From Octopus sinensis (Eukaryota): a stretch of DNA of 25,009 nucleotides. Where the stretch lies: positions 1 through 25,009 of the forward strand of contig NW_021836255.1 of NCBI RefSeq assembly GCF_006345805.1, written 5' to 3'. The notes under the pieces were generated by a model. It made no database searches and was not told the origin of the DNA. It saw nothing but the letters and a program-made list of their open reading frames with translations. The translations under genes and the position numbers were made by a program. Shown piece after piece: positions 1 through 12,356 of this stretch; positions within the stretch are counted from its first letter, which is position 1, and every line of letters begins with the position of its first letter.

Positions 1-518
1 TTATTATTATTATTATAATCATCGTCATCATTCTTCTTGTGTTTCGTCTCCTTTTTTTTTTCTCTTTCCTTTTCCTTCTAAGTTCAGATGTAGTGCAAAT
101 ATCATGCTAAAAAATAGAGTTGCAATTAAGCCTTGCATATACCAAAGTCCTCGGATAAAATAAAATAAAATCAAAATTTAAGTTTTGAAATAAAATAACT
201 AAAAAAAATTAAAATGCAATAAAATAAAACTTTGCAAGCCTACATCTAAAACGAAAATTGCTCACAATCGATGTGCGCACGCACACACACACACATATAA
301 TATACATATGCGTGTGTATGTGTGTGTGTATGTGTGTGTGAGGGAGAAAGAGAGAGAGTGAGTGCAGAACAGGGTAAAAATAATACGAATTACAGATCAT
401 TTAGTGTGGTTGCTAATAGCTTCTTGGATATTCAATTTGTATTGTTTCATATGTATATAAATTACTTGACATTTTAATTGAGTTTTGTAAATATTTTCAT
501 ATTGTTATTCAGCCTAAT

Positions 519-558
<40 letters not shown>

Positions 559-1638
559 ACACATACATACCTACATATTATAAGGTTATATGAATATATC
601 TATAGTATATATATGTACTGGGTGCGAGAGGTATTTGAGGACATATTTGGTAATTTAATGAAACAACTCTAAGCTAGCAAAAACCAAACGTATTTTAATA
701 GAAAGATTATTCTATGAATCTTCCTTCATCTTTGATGTTTGTTTCAGTTCAGGACCAGAATCATTGACATGTCTGCACTTAGCTGCCTTTATTCATTTCG
801 GATATCGCCTGGACAATGGCAGCCTTCGGTGAATCTATAGAACTGCGAGAATGTCAATGAGTATCTCAGCAACGTTTAAACGTAGTTGTTCACAGGTTGA
901 GCACATGGAATGTGACCATAGTCCTCCTTGCGGTTCACACACTTTTTTTGTCTGTGTTGCAATGCTTGGATCTCATTCGTGAAGAAACTTTCGTCCTGTC
1001 GGTAAAAACCCTCACCAACAGCAGATATGACGTAATCACTTCTATACTGGTTCCAAGCCAAGATTGTTTCATGTTGGGGAATAGTCAGATGGGGACGAAT
1101 CAAGAGAATAAGGAGAGTGATAATCTAATTCGAAGCCACAGTCGCGCACAGCTGCCATTGAGACGAAGGACTTCTGTGCCTGGAACGTTGTCCTGATGAT
1201 TCAAGACCCCTTTCATCAGTTATCTTGAGTGTTTGGTGTTGATAGCCTTTCGTAACTGCGTCAGCAAGTTGACATAGCACTCTCCGTTGATGGTATGGTC
1301 CTTTTGAAGATGAACCCAATGCCTTTTGCATCCCAGAAAACCTTCGGCCATTACCTTTCCTACAGATGAAATGAATTTGGCCTTCCTTCGAGCAGGTGAG
1401 AGGAGATACTTCCACTGCATTGATTTTTTCTTTGTGTCATGCTCGAAGTGATGCGCCCAACACTCATCTTGCCTTAGGAAACGTTCAAGAAAACCAGCTG
1501 GATCTGTTTTGAACAATGTCAGATTTTACTGTGGTATGATCAGCCCGGTGCGATTTTGATCAGATGTCATAAGACGCGGTAGCGACAGAGCAGAAACCGT
1601 CGTCATTCCACGTTCATTGTGCAGAATATTCTCAACTC

Positions 1639-1722
1639 ATATGGCGTAGTGGGTAAGAGCACGGGCTACTAACCACGAGATTCCGACTTCGATTCCAAGC
1701 AGTGACCTGAATAATAATAATA

Positions 1723-1795
<73 letters not shown>

Positions 1796-1961
1796 GTAAC
1801 AACAACAACAACATCGAAAAATACCTTAGGAATGGGAACCCAGGTTCGAAATTTCCTCAAGACACCTGATGAAGGCTGGAGGGTATATCAGCCGAAACGT
1901 TGTGTTAACAACAAACAAGATAAAGACAAGTATCCGTCAAACGTAACTGATGTAAATAATG
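1639..1961 (+). mobile_element. tRNA-derived SINE with internal (AAT)n tract and an embedded hammerhead ribozyme; 12-bp TSD
   Basis: A-box TGGCGTAGTGG at 1642 and degenerate B-box CTTCGATTCC at ~1687; (AAT)n at ~1710-1792; HHR at 1861-1906. TATTCTCAACTC is duplicated at 1627-1638 and 1962-1973, and the mariner reading frame rejoins across it. Confidence 0.88.
1861..1906 (+). ncRNA. Minimal type I hammerhead ribozyme (HHR-1)
   Basis: GACAC-CTGATGA-A-GGCTG(gagggtatat)CAGCC-GAAA-CG-TT-GTGTT: stem I GACAC/GTGTT, intact core, 5-bp stem II, palindromic stem III AACGTT. Predicted cleavage after GUU (1901). Confidence 0.85.
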
Positions 1962-2739
1962 TATTCTCAACTCTCTCACGAGATATACTAATAGTATTTT
2001 CTATTTCCTTTATAGGCAATCGCCAGTCATCCACCTCTATGGATGGTAAACACGATTAATGTTTTCTTCGGTGGTGGGCAGTTGCAGAACGTCCAGACTT
2101 CGGATGACCTTCAAGAAAGTGTCGCCCTTCCTCTCCTAAATTCAGCTGCACACTTTTGCAATGTTGATAAGGCTAGTGCATCATCATCAAATATCATCAC
2201 GAACGTCCTTGGGAGCTAAACCCTATTCTCTACAGATACTTCGTAACAGAGAAGTCACTACTAGTTACTTTTGAAGTTTTTGAATACTCGGATGATACTT
2301 TATCTGGAAAGAAACAAAACAATATGTAAAAAGAAACGTTCAATTTGAGTGCATACAAGATTTCAAACATCTTGCATCGCTCCTTCATAGCCAGCTTATA
2401 AAATTTTCGGCCCAGCCTCGTATTTGGACAAGAATAACTACTAAATATTGAATACAATGAAGAGTATTTGATATACTAATCTCCGTTCTTTAGATAAAAT
2501 ACATGTCAGTGGCCATTTTGAATTATTTTTACGGCATCTTCGTTTCACATATATGAAATATAGGTCGGCTTTTAAGACAGTTCCTGTGGAAGGCTCTTCA
2601 TTATGCCTTGGGCCCAATAACGACACTTCATGCATTAAGTACATATAAAATTTTATTAAACTTGACCAATATTTTTCAAGCAATGAACAATTTTCTTCAA
2701 AGCAATGATATAATTTAGAGCAGTTGTATACTGTCAGCT

Positions 2740-2977
2740 TAATGTGACAGTCCCATAAAGGGAATCATACCACTGCTACTTAGCCCTAGGAAACATCGAC
2801 GCTTCCTGTCGGCTTTGACACATTTCCTGTGTCCTTATGTTTACAAGGGGGAGACAAGCACTCCTATCCAGCCAAGCCTGCATCCAGAGACTAGTTTCTG
2901 AGTTTTGCTCGTCATCAGTCTGGAGTAGCATTGTTTGCTAGCTGGCTGCAGATGCTTGTCTAGGCCTTGTAAACATA
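2740..2977 (-). mobile_element. Highly structured non-coding repeat (retrozyme-like or Penelope pLTR-like) carrying HHR-2
   Basis: Nested inverted repeats 2836-2848/2965-2977 (13 bp perfect), 2852-2860/2953-2961 and 2869-2874/2943-2948 enclose an HHR. Further small hairpins lie at 2817-2833, 2797-2811 and 2751-2763. Boundaries are approximate. Confidence 0.65.
2883..2924 (-). ncRNA. Minimal type I hammerhead ribozyme (HHR-2)
   Basis: Minus strand: TCCAGA-CTGATGA-C-GAG(caaaa)CTC-A-GAAA-CTAG-TC-TCTGGA. 6-bp stem I, intact core, palindromic ACTAGT stem III, GUC cleavage triplet. Stem II is short, with a C.A mismatch at its base. Confidence 0.8.
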
Positions 2978-3159
2978 TAATAATTCCAGTGAAATAAATC
3001 CACTGATCACAAAAAATAGAAATATTACATTTCTAAATATCTCTTGTTGACTTGGAACTTATTGCAAAGCTCTATGATAAGAAACAGTACCACCAACATA
3101 GAGACCACATCTGCCATGCACACACTATTCAGCCTTTTTGTGATGGTAATAGGGTAATA

Positions 3160-3410
3160 GTAATGATAATGGCGGATGCGGCGGTGATGATGGCGGTGGT
3201 GGTGGTGGTGGTGGTGGTGGTGGTGGTGGTATCCGAAGCGGTCAGGGATGACGGTGAGAGTAAGCGATGTGAAAGACAGTGGTGATGGTGGTGGGGGAAG
3301 TGGACAGTGGTGAGGGTGGAAGCGGTGAAGTCAAATCTATTTTGATGGTGGTAGCGTCAGAAGTCTGAATGGTGTATGTGTGGTAGATGTGGTGGCGATG
3401 GTGGTGGTAC
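3160..3410. repeat. (GGT)n-rich low-complexity tract
   Basis: Pure GGT run at ~3194-3229 with degenerate flanks. Confidence 0.85.
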
Positions 3411-3593
3411 TAAGAAAATGAATCCAGTGTTCAGTCCCTCTTTCTCTTACATACCCACTCTTTCACTCTCATTATTATTACTCCCACTGCCACCATCAAC
3501 ACTACTACTTTTAATAAAACATCATCAACTGTAGAAGTGTCATTGAATTGTGAGAGAGGGGGTCAAATTAGTTTAATCATTTATTATATTAGA

Positions 3594-4040
3594 TGAGAGA
3601 GAGAGAGAGAGAAAGAGATATAGACAGCTAGATAGATACATATACAGATAGATAGATACATACATACATACATACATACATACATACAAACATGCATACA
3701 TATATACATACATACATACACACATACATACACACATACATGCATGCATGCATACATACATACAAACACACATGCATACATACATACATGCATGCATGCA
3801 TACATACATACAAACATACATACATACATACAAACATAGATACATACATACATATATACATACATACATACATACACACATACATACATACATATTTATA
3901 CATACATACATACATGCATGCATGCATGCATACATATATGCATGCATACATACATACATACATACATGCATACATACCTGCATTCATACATACATACATA
4001 CATACATTCATACATACATACATACACACATACATGCATA
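3594..4040. repeat. Compound microsatellite (GA)n/(GATA)n/(TACA)n
   Basis: Directly visible; source of the MYVC/HTYI pseudo-ORFs. Confidence 0.97.
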
Positions 4041-4536
4041 TTCTCATGGCTGGTGTCGGGGCGCACAGTGAAACACCACCAGCAGTAAGGGACCCCCAAG
4101 TGTTGCCACAGCACGGTTCCTAAAGAAGAACGTTCTAATGTGAAACTGGAGGCTTCACGTGATTACTAGTCATCTCGCTTCCACCTGTCACCAGATAATT
4201 ATTACGGACAATCAGAGAGTAAATTTTGCGTTGCAAAAGCGTTTATCACAATAATAATCAAATGATATACAGATGTCTACTTAGGCTAATCTCACTTGTC
4301 ATTCCATCTACAGCAGAAAGTCCAATTGCGTTAATGGAGGATGGGATGTGCAGACCTCCCCCCCCCCGAAACGCATTGTAAGTTACAGCTTCCGTTTGTC
4401 ACCTGAGCTTCGAACTGTGCAGGTGTGTGTGTATCGTGACTGAATAGTCGTCTGGGAGGTCACGGATGTAGAGTCAGAAATGCCGTTGACAGAGAAGAAA
4501 TACGAGACGGGTATGATCGATGAAATAGAGCAGAAC

Positions 4537-4577
4537 ATGTGTATGCATGCATGCATGTATGTATGCGTGTATGTATG

Positions 4578-4611
<34 letters not shown>

Positions 4612-5585
4612 TGTATGTATGTATGTATGCATGTATGTATGTATGTTTGTATGTATGCATGTATGTATGTATGTATGTATGTATGCATGTATGTATGCAT
4701 GCATGTATGTATGCTTGCATGTATGTATGCATGTATATATTTATGTATTGTATTATGTATGTATGCACCCATGCATGTATGTATGTATGCCTATATGTAT
4801 GTATTTATGTATTGTATTATGTGTGTGTATGCACCCATGTATTTATTTATGTATTGTATGTATGCATATATGTATGTATGTATTATGTATACGTGCATGT
4901 ATGTAATGCATGTATGTATGTATGCATGTATGTATGCATGTATGTATGTATGTATGCATGTATGCATGTATGTATGTATGTATGTATGTATGTATGTATG
5001 TATGTATGTATGCATGTATGTATATATGTATGTATGTATGTATGTATGCATGCATGTATGCATATATGTATGTATATATGTATGTATGTATGTATATATA
5101 TGTATGTATATTATGTATATATGTATGTATGTATGTATGTATGCATGCATGCATGCATGTATGTATGTATGTATGCATGTATGTATGTATGCATGTATGT
5201 ATGTATGTATTGTATTATGTATGTATGTTTGCACCCATGCATGTATGTATGTATGTATGTATGCATATATGTATGTATTATGTATACGTACATGTATGTA
5301 ATGCATGTATGTATGTATCTATGTATGCATGTATGTACGTATGCATGTATGTATGTATATATGTATGTATATTATGTATATATGTTTGTATGTATGTATG
5401 TGTGTATGCATGTCTGTGTGTATGTTTGTATGTATGTAAGTATGTATGTATGTATGTATGTATGCATGTATGTATGCATGTATGCATGTATGTATGTAAA
5501 TATGTATGTATATTATGTATATATGTATGTATGTACGTATTATGTATGTATGTATGTATCTATGTATCTATGTATGTATGTACCC
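4537..5585. repeat. ~1 kb (TATG)n microsatellite with higher-order variant units
   Basis: Directly visible, with recurring variant units such as GTATTGTATTATG..GCACCCATG. Confidence 0.97.
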
Positions 5586-6093
5586 ATCGGATTAACTTAT
5601 ATTGACACTGCTATGAATAAATAATATATACAACACAATTTATTTTTATTTTTCAATACACTGACTGCTTCCGAATTCTAACTCACAAAACGGCATTTCT
5701 GTCGACAGACACGAATTAAATTAATCATCATAACTAATTATTTGTCCACGGTAACGTTTAATCGCCTTCAGGGGATAACGATAATTACTATTAAAAAAAT
5801 CTACAATAATTTCGTGACAAAAACTCTCACCCGTTGAAATTTGTGACACATGAATCACTTTGTGGCAATTTAATATCTTATAAATTACGTTGAATTTATT
5901 ATCAAATATTCATCTCATGTCAATAAAAATCAATGATGTTGCTGTTAAATTCGTTAGTCATATAATATGGGCATACAAGTTCGCTTATTTATGTGCGCAT
6001 ATATTCATGATTGTTTCCTGCTGTTTTCAAGCGTCAAACTCTTGGTTGTGGTTATGATTAAATCTTGAAAATTTGTTTGGCTATATGTCCATA

Positions 6094-6314
6094 AGGCGGC
6101 GAGCTGGCAGAAACGTTAGCACGCCGGACGAAATGCGTAGCCGTATTTCACCTGCCGTTCCGTTAGTTCTGTTTCAAATTCCACCGAGGTCGACTTTGCC
6201 TTTCATCCTTTCGGGGTCGATAAATAAAGTACCAGTTTCGCACTGGGATCGGTGTAATCGACTTAATCTCTTTGTCCTCTCTGTGTTTAACCCCTTGTGG
6301 ACAATAAAGAAATA
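6094..6314 (+). mobile_element. SINE family B (tRNA-like head; central domain resembling the MetaSINE core)
   Basis: Head GGCGGCGAGCTGGCAGAAACGTTAGC; core GACTTTGCCTTTCATCCTTTCGGGGTCGATAAATAAAGTACCAG; TSD TATATGTC(C/A)ATA at 6082-6093 and 6315-6326. A second diverged copy lies at 18049-18260. The superfamily assignment is from recall and is unverified. Confidence 0.8.
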
Positions 6315-6326
6315 TATATGTCAATA

Positions 6327-6420
6327 TGTGTGTGTATATGTATGTATGTATGTATGTATGTATATATGTATGTATGTATGTATGTATGCATGTATGTATG
6401 TATGTATGTATGTATGTATG

Positions 6421-6454
<34 letters not shown>

Positions 6455-6665
6455 TGCATGTATGTATGTATGTATGCATGTATGTATGTATGTATGTATG
6501 TATGTATGTATGTATGTATGTATGTATATATGTATGTATGTATGTGTGTATGTATGTATGTATGTATGTATATATGTATGTATGTATATATGCATGCATG
6601 CATGTATGTATGAATGTATGCATGTATGAATGTATGTGTGTGTATGTATGAATTAATGTATGTAT
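6327..6665. repeat. (TATG)n microsatellite
   Basis: Directly visible. Confidence 0.97.
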
Positions 6666-6666
6666 G

Positions 6667-6830
6667 GAGATACAGTTTTGTTTTGAAGACTCCTACGATC
6701 ACCCCATGTAGCCATGTAGGTCTCTCAGATTTTGTGGGTCGATAATTAAGAGTTGTGGGCCCTTGACGACCAAGCTGTTGCATTATCTGGACCTGTATCC
6801 AGACGGCTATGATGGGACTTTTGGTATTAT
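6667..6830 (-). mobile_element. Old diverged fragment related to the CR1-type LINE (ORF2 C-terminus)
   Basis: CAAGCTGTTGCATTATCTGGACCTGTAT matches CAAGCTGTTGCAGTATCTGGACCTGTAT at ~9063. The translation LHGVIVGVFKTKL matches LINE LHGVDVGFFKTKL. Confidence 0.85.
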
Positions 6831-6832
6831 AC

Positions 6833-7545
<713 letters not shown>

Positions 7546-7904
7546 GAAGCTTAAATTTACAAATAAGCAACGGTATATCGTATGACAAAAAAATTTCGCT
7601 TCTAGAGATATAAAAATCTTTCAAATTTCCTAATTAGTATTCTTCTTCTGCCTTGGTTTATTTTGTTGTTATGGCTGTTGTTGTTATTGTTGTTGTTACT
7701 GTTAATGATAATGGTGATGCTGCTGCTGCAGCTACCGTTATTGTTTTTGTTGTTGTTGTTTTTATACAATTGGATTAATTAAAATGCACTTAATGTTATT
7801 TTGTGATAACTTAAGTAAATAAGATACATTATCATACGGTTTGCAACTTCCCCGAAGGCAATTAAATTTGTATAGTGTATTGGATGCTAGTAACGGTTTC
7901 TACT

Positions 7905-8264
7905 GATATATATATTATATATATATATATATAATATATATATATATTATATATATATATATATATGTGTGTGTATATATATGTTTGATGTATTGTTACG
8001 CATAGAAAATATTTTATATTTTGGTTTTCAAATATATAATTAGATTTACGGCGCTATAAAATGTAAGTTTTTATGTGAATTTATATATATATATACACAT
8101 ATATTATATATACACACATATATATATATACACATATATATATATATATACACACATATATATATATATACATTATATACATATATATATACACACACAC
8201 ACACATATATATATATATGTACATATATATATATACACATATATATATATATACATAATTATAT

Positions 8265-8306
<42 letters not shown>

Positions 8307-8346
8307 ATATATGTATATATATATATATATATGGTGTGTATATATG

Positions 8347-8394
<48 letters not shown>

Positions 8395-8510
8395 TTATAT
8401 ACATATACATATATATATATATACATATACATATATATACATATACATATATATACATATACTATATATATATATACATATACATATATACATATACATA
8501 TATATACATA

Positions 8511-8574
<64 letters not shown>

Positions 8575-8634
8575 ATACATATACATATATATACATATAC
8601 ATATATATACATATACATATATATACATATACAA

Positions 8635-8666
<32 letters not shown>

Positions 8667-8684
8667 ACATATAGATATATATAC

Positions 8685-8753
<69 letters not shown>

Positions 8754-8772
8754 ATATATATATATATATATA
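7905..8772. repeat. (TA)n/(TACATA)n microsatellite field
   Basis: Directly visible; abuts the LINE 3' tail. Confidence 0.97.
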
Positions 8773-8849
8773 TAAATCCTTAAATCCTTAAAAATGTTTT
8801 AGCCCGAAGGCCGCGGCCATGCTGGGGCACCACCGCTGAATGAGCCACA

Positions 8850-11800
8850 CTAGTTTGTGAATCCACCTCTGATACGTGGCACTTGATCAACAAGGGAGTT
8901 CGATGCTGCTGCCCGCATCCGTGTCTCCTGTCGTGAGGTAGGTTCATCTGGGACTCCCAACAAGAAGAGATCCAGTTTAGTTTTAAAGAAACCCACATCC
9001 ACACCATGTAAGTCTCTCAGGCATTTAGGGAGGATGTTGAAAAGCTGTGGTCCTCTGAAACCCAAGCTGTTGCAGTATCTGGACCTGTATTTTGATGGTG
9101 ATGTTGGAATCCTTGGCACCACGCAGCGGCGCCCCGTTCTGCGGTTGGAGTAACTTTGAATGCCAAAGTTTGGGACAAGACCCTCCAGGATTTTCCAGAT
9201 GTATATTACTGCATATCTCTCCCGCCTCCGCTCCAGGGAGAAGAGGTTTAATACCTTCAGTCTTTCCCAGTAGCTGACATTTTGCATTGAGACGATTTTC
9301 TTTGTGTAGCTTCTCTGAGTTGCTTCGAGTTCTGCTGTTTGTTTTATATTGTGTGGTGACCAAAGTTGGGAGCAGTAGTCCAAGCGGCTGAGGACAAATG
9401 TTTTCCATAGGACCATCAGTGTCTCCTTCTCTCTTGTTCTGAAAGTTCGGAGAATCCATCCAGCTAGCCGTCTGCATTTTATCACCAGATTAGCAATATG
9501 CATTCGGAAAGATGCATCATTGCTCATGTCAATGCCCAGGTCACGCACTGATTTTGACTCAGGATTGCAATTCTTCCTGGGCCAGTGTATCCAGTCTTCA
9601 CGTCATTTACCTTTGTGTGCCAGTAGCGCAGGGCCTGGAACTTACCTGCATTAAACTGCATGTTGTTGTCCTCAGCCCACCTGTATATTGTGTCCAGCTC
9701 ATGTTGCAGATGCGCAATATTTTCAGGGTTCTGTATTGCGTGGGAGACCTTTGTGTCATCTGCATAGCTAGCAAGGGTGGTCATCGTAGCAACTGAAGGC
9801 ATGTCTGAAAGGGCCACTATGAACATCAGTGGCCCCAAGACAGTGCCCTGTGGGACACCGCTTGTTATTTGCGTTTCCCTGGAGGTGGCTCCATTGCTCA
9901 CAACTGCCTGTTTTCTGTCTTTTAGGAAGTTGTGCAGCCACTCTCCAAGTTTCCCGCCTATGCCGAGACCACGCAGTTTGTGACATATCATACCATGGTC
10001 GACTTTATCAAAGGCTTTTGCAAAGTCAAGATATATTACATCCACATTTGAGCCATTTAGTAGCTGTTTCAACACCCAGTCATAGTGTTGCAGGAGCTGT
10101 GTTAGGCAGCCTCTACCTGGTCGAAATCCATGCTGGGTGTCAGACAGTAAGTCATTTTCTTCAAGGAACATGATTAGTTTCTTACGGACTATTCGTTCCA
10201 TGACTTTGCTGATGTGTGAGGTCAGAGAGATAGGCCTATAATTTTTAGCATCTGCTCTGCTACCTCCCTTATGGATAGGGCATATTACCCCCTCTTTCAG
10301 TTTGACTGGGAGCTTACCACTTGCAAGAAAGCTCTGAAAAAGAAGCTGTAGCGGTTTTGCAAGGGCTCGTTTGCACGATTTGAGAAGGATCGCTGGGAAT
10401 CCATCAGGTCCAGCAGCTGAGTTTGTGTCAATCTCATCAATGGCTAGTGTGATATCATCTTCTTCGATGTTGATGTACTCAATTTTTGTCTCTTTGGCCG
10501 CTGGTAAAGTGGCAAAGAATTCTTCTGGGTTGTTTACTTGCCTGTGTCCTAGAGGTGTAGTGAACACACTTTGGAACTGTTCGTTCAGTATTTCACTTAT
10601 CCTCGTGGGATTTCCTGTGAGAGAGCCATCTTTTTGGAAGAGAGGTCCTATTCTCTGGTGCACTGTGGCTGTCTCTTTGGCAAACTTAAAGAAAGCTTTA
10701 GGGTTTGATTTTATATTTTCTATTACCAAGCTTCTTTATCTGCTCTCTCCTTTTCATGGGACTGATGTAGACTTTTCTCAGTTTCCATTAGCATTCTTTC
10801 GAGCCGAGACTTCTCACCACTTTTGGTGTGCTTGCTCAGGCGGTTTGCAATCCTTGTCCGTCGTCTCATAAGAATCCTCCTTTCTCTAGGGATCCTGTTT
10901 TTATTCTTGTGTGTGCTGGCCCTGCACATTGGGACATATTTGTCACATATGGCTTGTATTATGGACATGAAGTGTTTGTGTTTCATGTTTATGTCCGGTG
11001 TGGAGAGACATTCAGGCCAATCCTGTTTGAGGATCTCTTTCTCAATCGACTTCCAGTTGGCTTTATGAAAGTTTAAGTTGGAGAGATGGTGGTGCTTCGT
11101 ATAGGCTGTGTGTCTGCGGGGGCTTTTGTTCCATACATAGACAGCTCTATTATGTTGTGATCCGAGATCATTGTCGGCATCACATTAACATTATGGATAA
11201 TATCCATATTGTTTGTAAAGCAGAGATCCAGTATATTATCTGCCCTTGTTGGTTGCAGAACTATTTGCTCCATGAAAGAGGTATTTGTGAGATGGAGCAG
11301 GGACTCCACCTGTGCCTGCTGATGGTGTGTCATCCCTGGGAGCATCTGCCCCCCAGGCCATTCCACATTGGGGAGGTTAAAGTCTCCCATGAAGAATACA
11401 CTGTTGTGCTGTTCAAGGTTGGTGAGGACTTCTCCTATTTTTGTTAGGCAGTCTTCAAACATGCCTGAGTGTTTTGGGGCGTCTGGTGGGCGATATGTAG
11501 TGCATATGACGATATTCAGTTGTCTTATGTGTACAATTTGAGTTTCACATACTGAGTTTGAATATGACAGCAGGACCTGGGGCGTGAGGTCATCTCGGAT
11601 GTACATTGCAACTCCACCATGGCTCCTCCCTTTTCTATCTGTGCGTATGACTGCATATTGCGGCATGTGTATTTCTGCATCACCTATATCGGGTTCAAGA
11701 TGCGTTTCTGTGAGTGCCATGCATATAGCTTGATTGCATGTCACAAGGTCTCTCAGGAATGAAATTTTCTTTTTACAGTTTCCGCGCAGCAGCCCTCCTA

Positions 11801-11858
11801 CATTCAGTAGAAATATTTTTGTGGTGTGTGTGTTGGTGTTGGTGTCTGTGGTGGCCAT
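8850..11858 (-). pseudogene. LINE ORF2: APE endonuclease plus reverse transcriptase (three apparent frameshifts)
   Basis: APE motifs LNVGG, LTETHL, GGVAMY, YRPP, MGDFNLP, LDLCF and SDHN. RT motifs GPDG, NYRPISLTS, QHGFR, YLDFAKAFDKVDH, GVPQGTVLGP, YADD and RDLGI. C-terminal LDYCSQLWSP and LERRR. Frameshifts at ~11089, ~10728 and ~9562. Confidence 0.93.
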
Positions 11859-12356
11859 CCTGCATCTGTTGGAGGTGGCCTTATGTGGTGGTAGTTCCAG
11901 CTTTGTGCTTGTAGCCAGGTCAGCTGCTGAACAATTTTTTGTGCCATGCACAAAAAAGACTGCTGTTCAGCTGCCGCCCTTCTCACATCTGGGTGAAGCT
12001 GGCCACCTGTTGGGTTTCCGCGCACCACATCTGCATACCGTCTTTCAGTAGTGGTCAGTGCGCTTTTTTCCCTTCTTTTAACTTTTTGTTTTTGTTCTCC
12101 CTGAGGAGGGACCTCTGTCTCGCGTCCGTGCGGTTTTGGTAGGGCCTCCGATGTGCAAAGCGACAGTTTGCACCTTCAACGCCGTACCAGCAGTCCCCCT
12201 CAGGTAGAATTTGCAGGTGTTTCTTTCCCTGCCCTTACAGTTTTTGCTGGGGTCCCTCTGCTTTCTCTGGACAGGGCTTCCTTTAGCCTTGATTCTGTCA
12301 CCCTTTACCTCCTGCTTCCCATCAATTCCAGGGTGCCTTTCCTTTCTTGCGGCCAT
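11804..12356 (-). pseudogene. LINE ORF1-like basic protein with a CCCH zinc finger (two apparent frameshifts; possibly 5'-truncated)
   Basis: Restoring one G at ~12197 gives TCKFYLRGDCWYGVEGANCRFAH (C-x7-C-x8-C-x3-H). Restoring one C at ~12109 gives ...ERRYADVVRGNP..., ending at 11804 and overlapping the ORF2 start. Confidence 0.72.

Larger units (their letters stand above)
888..2422 (-). mobile_element. Decayed mariner (Tc1/mariner, D,D34D) DNA transposon, interrupted by a SINE at 1639-1961
   Basis: Minus-strand fragments read KYL..GLAPKD, SISRERVENILHNE (across the SINE insertion), DPAGFLERFLRQDECWAHHFEHDTKKKSMQW, HQDNVP, PYSLDSSPSDY (degenerate YSPDLAPSDY) and IQALQHRQKKCVNRKEDY. The right end reads TA+CGAGGCTGGGCCGAAAA on the minus strand, resembling a mariner TIR (TA at 2421-2422). 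The left TIR is not clearly recognisable, so the left boundary is approximate. Confidence 0.9.

Noticed and set aside
748-828. Possible exon (acceptor TTTGTTTCAG, donor GTGAAT) reading SGPESLTCLHLAAFIHFG, ankyrin-like TxLHLAA
   Set aside because: It is too short, the rest does not fit an ankyrin repeat, and no partner exons are evident.
1193-1220. CTGATGA and TCATCAG hammerhead core-like words
   Set aside because: They lie in mariner coding sequence (HQDN) with no GAAA or stems at the right spacing.
1640-1705. tRNA-like sequences (also ~13445-13515 and ~17835-17910)
   Set aside because: They lack proper acceptor stems and continue into SINE bodies, so they are SINE heads rather than tRNA genes.
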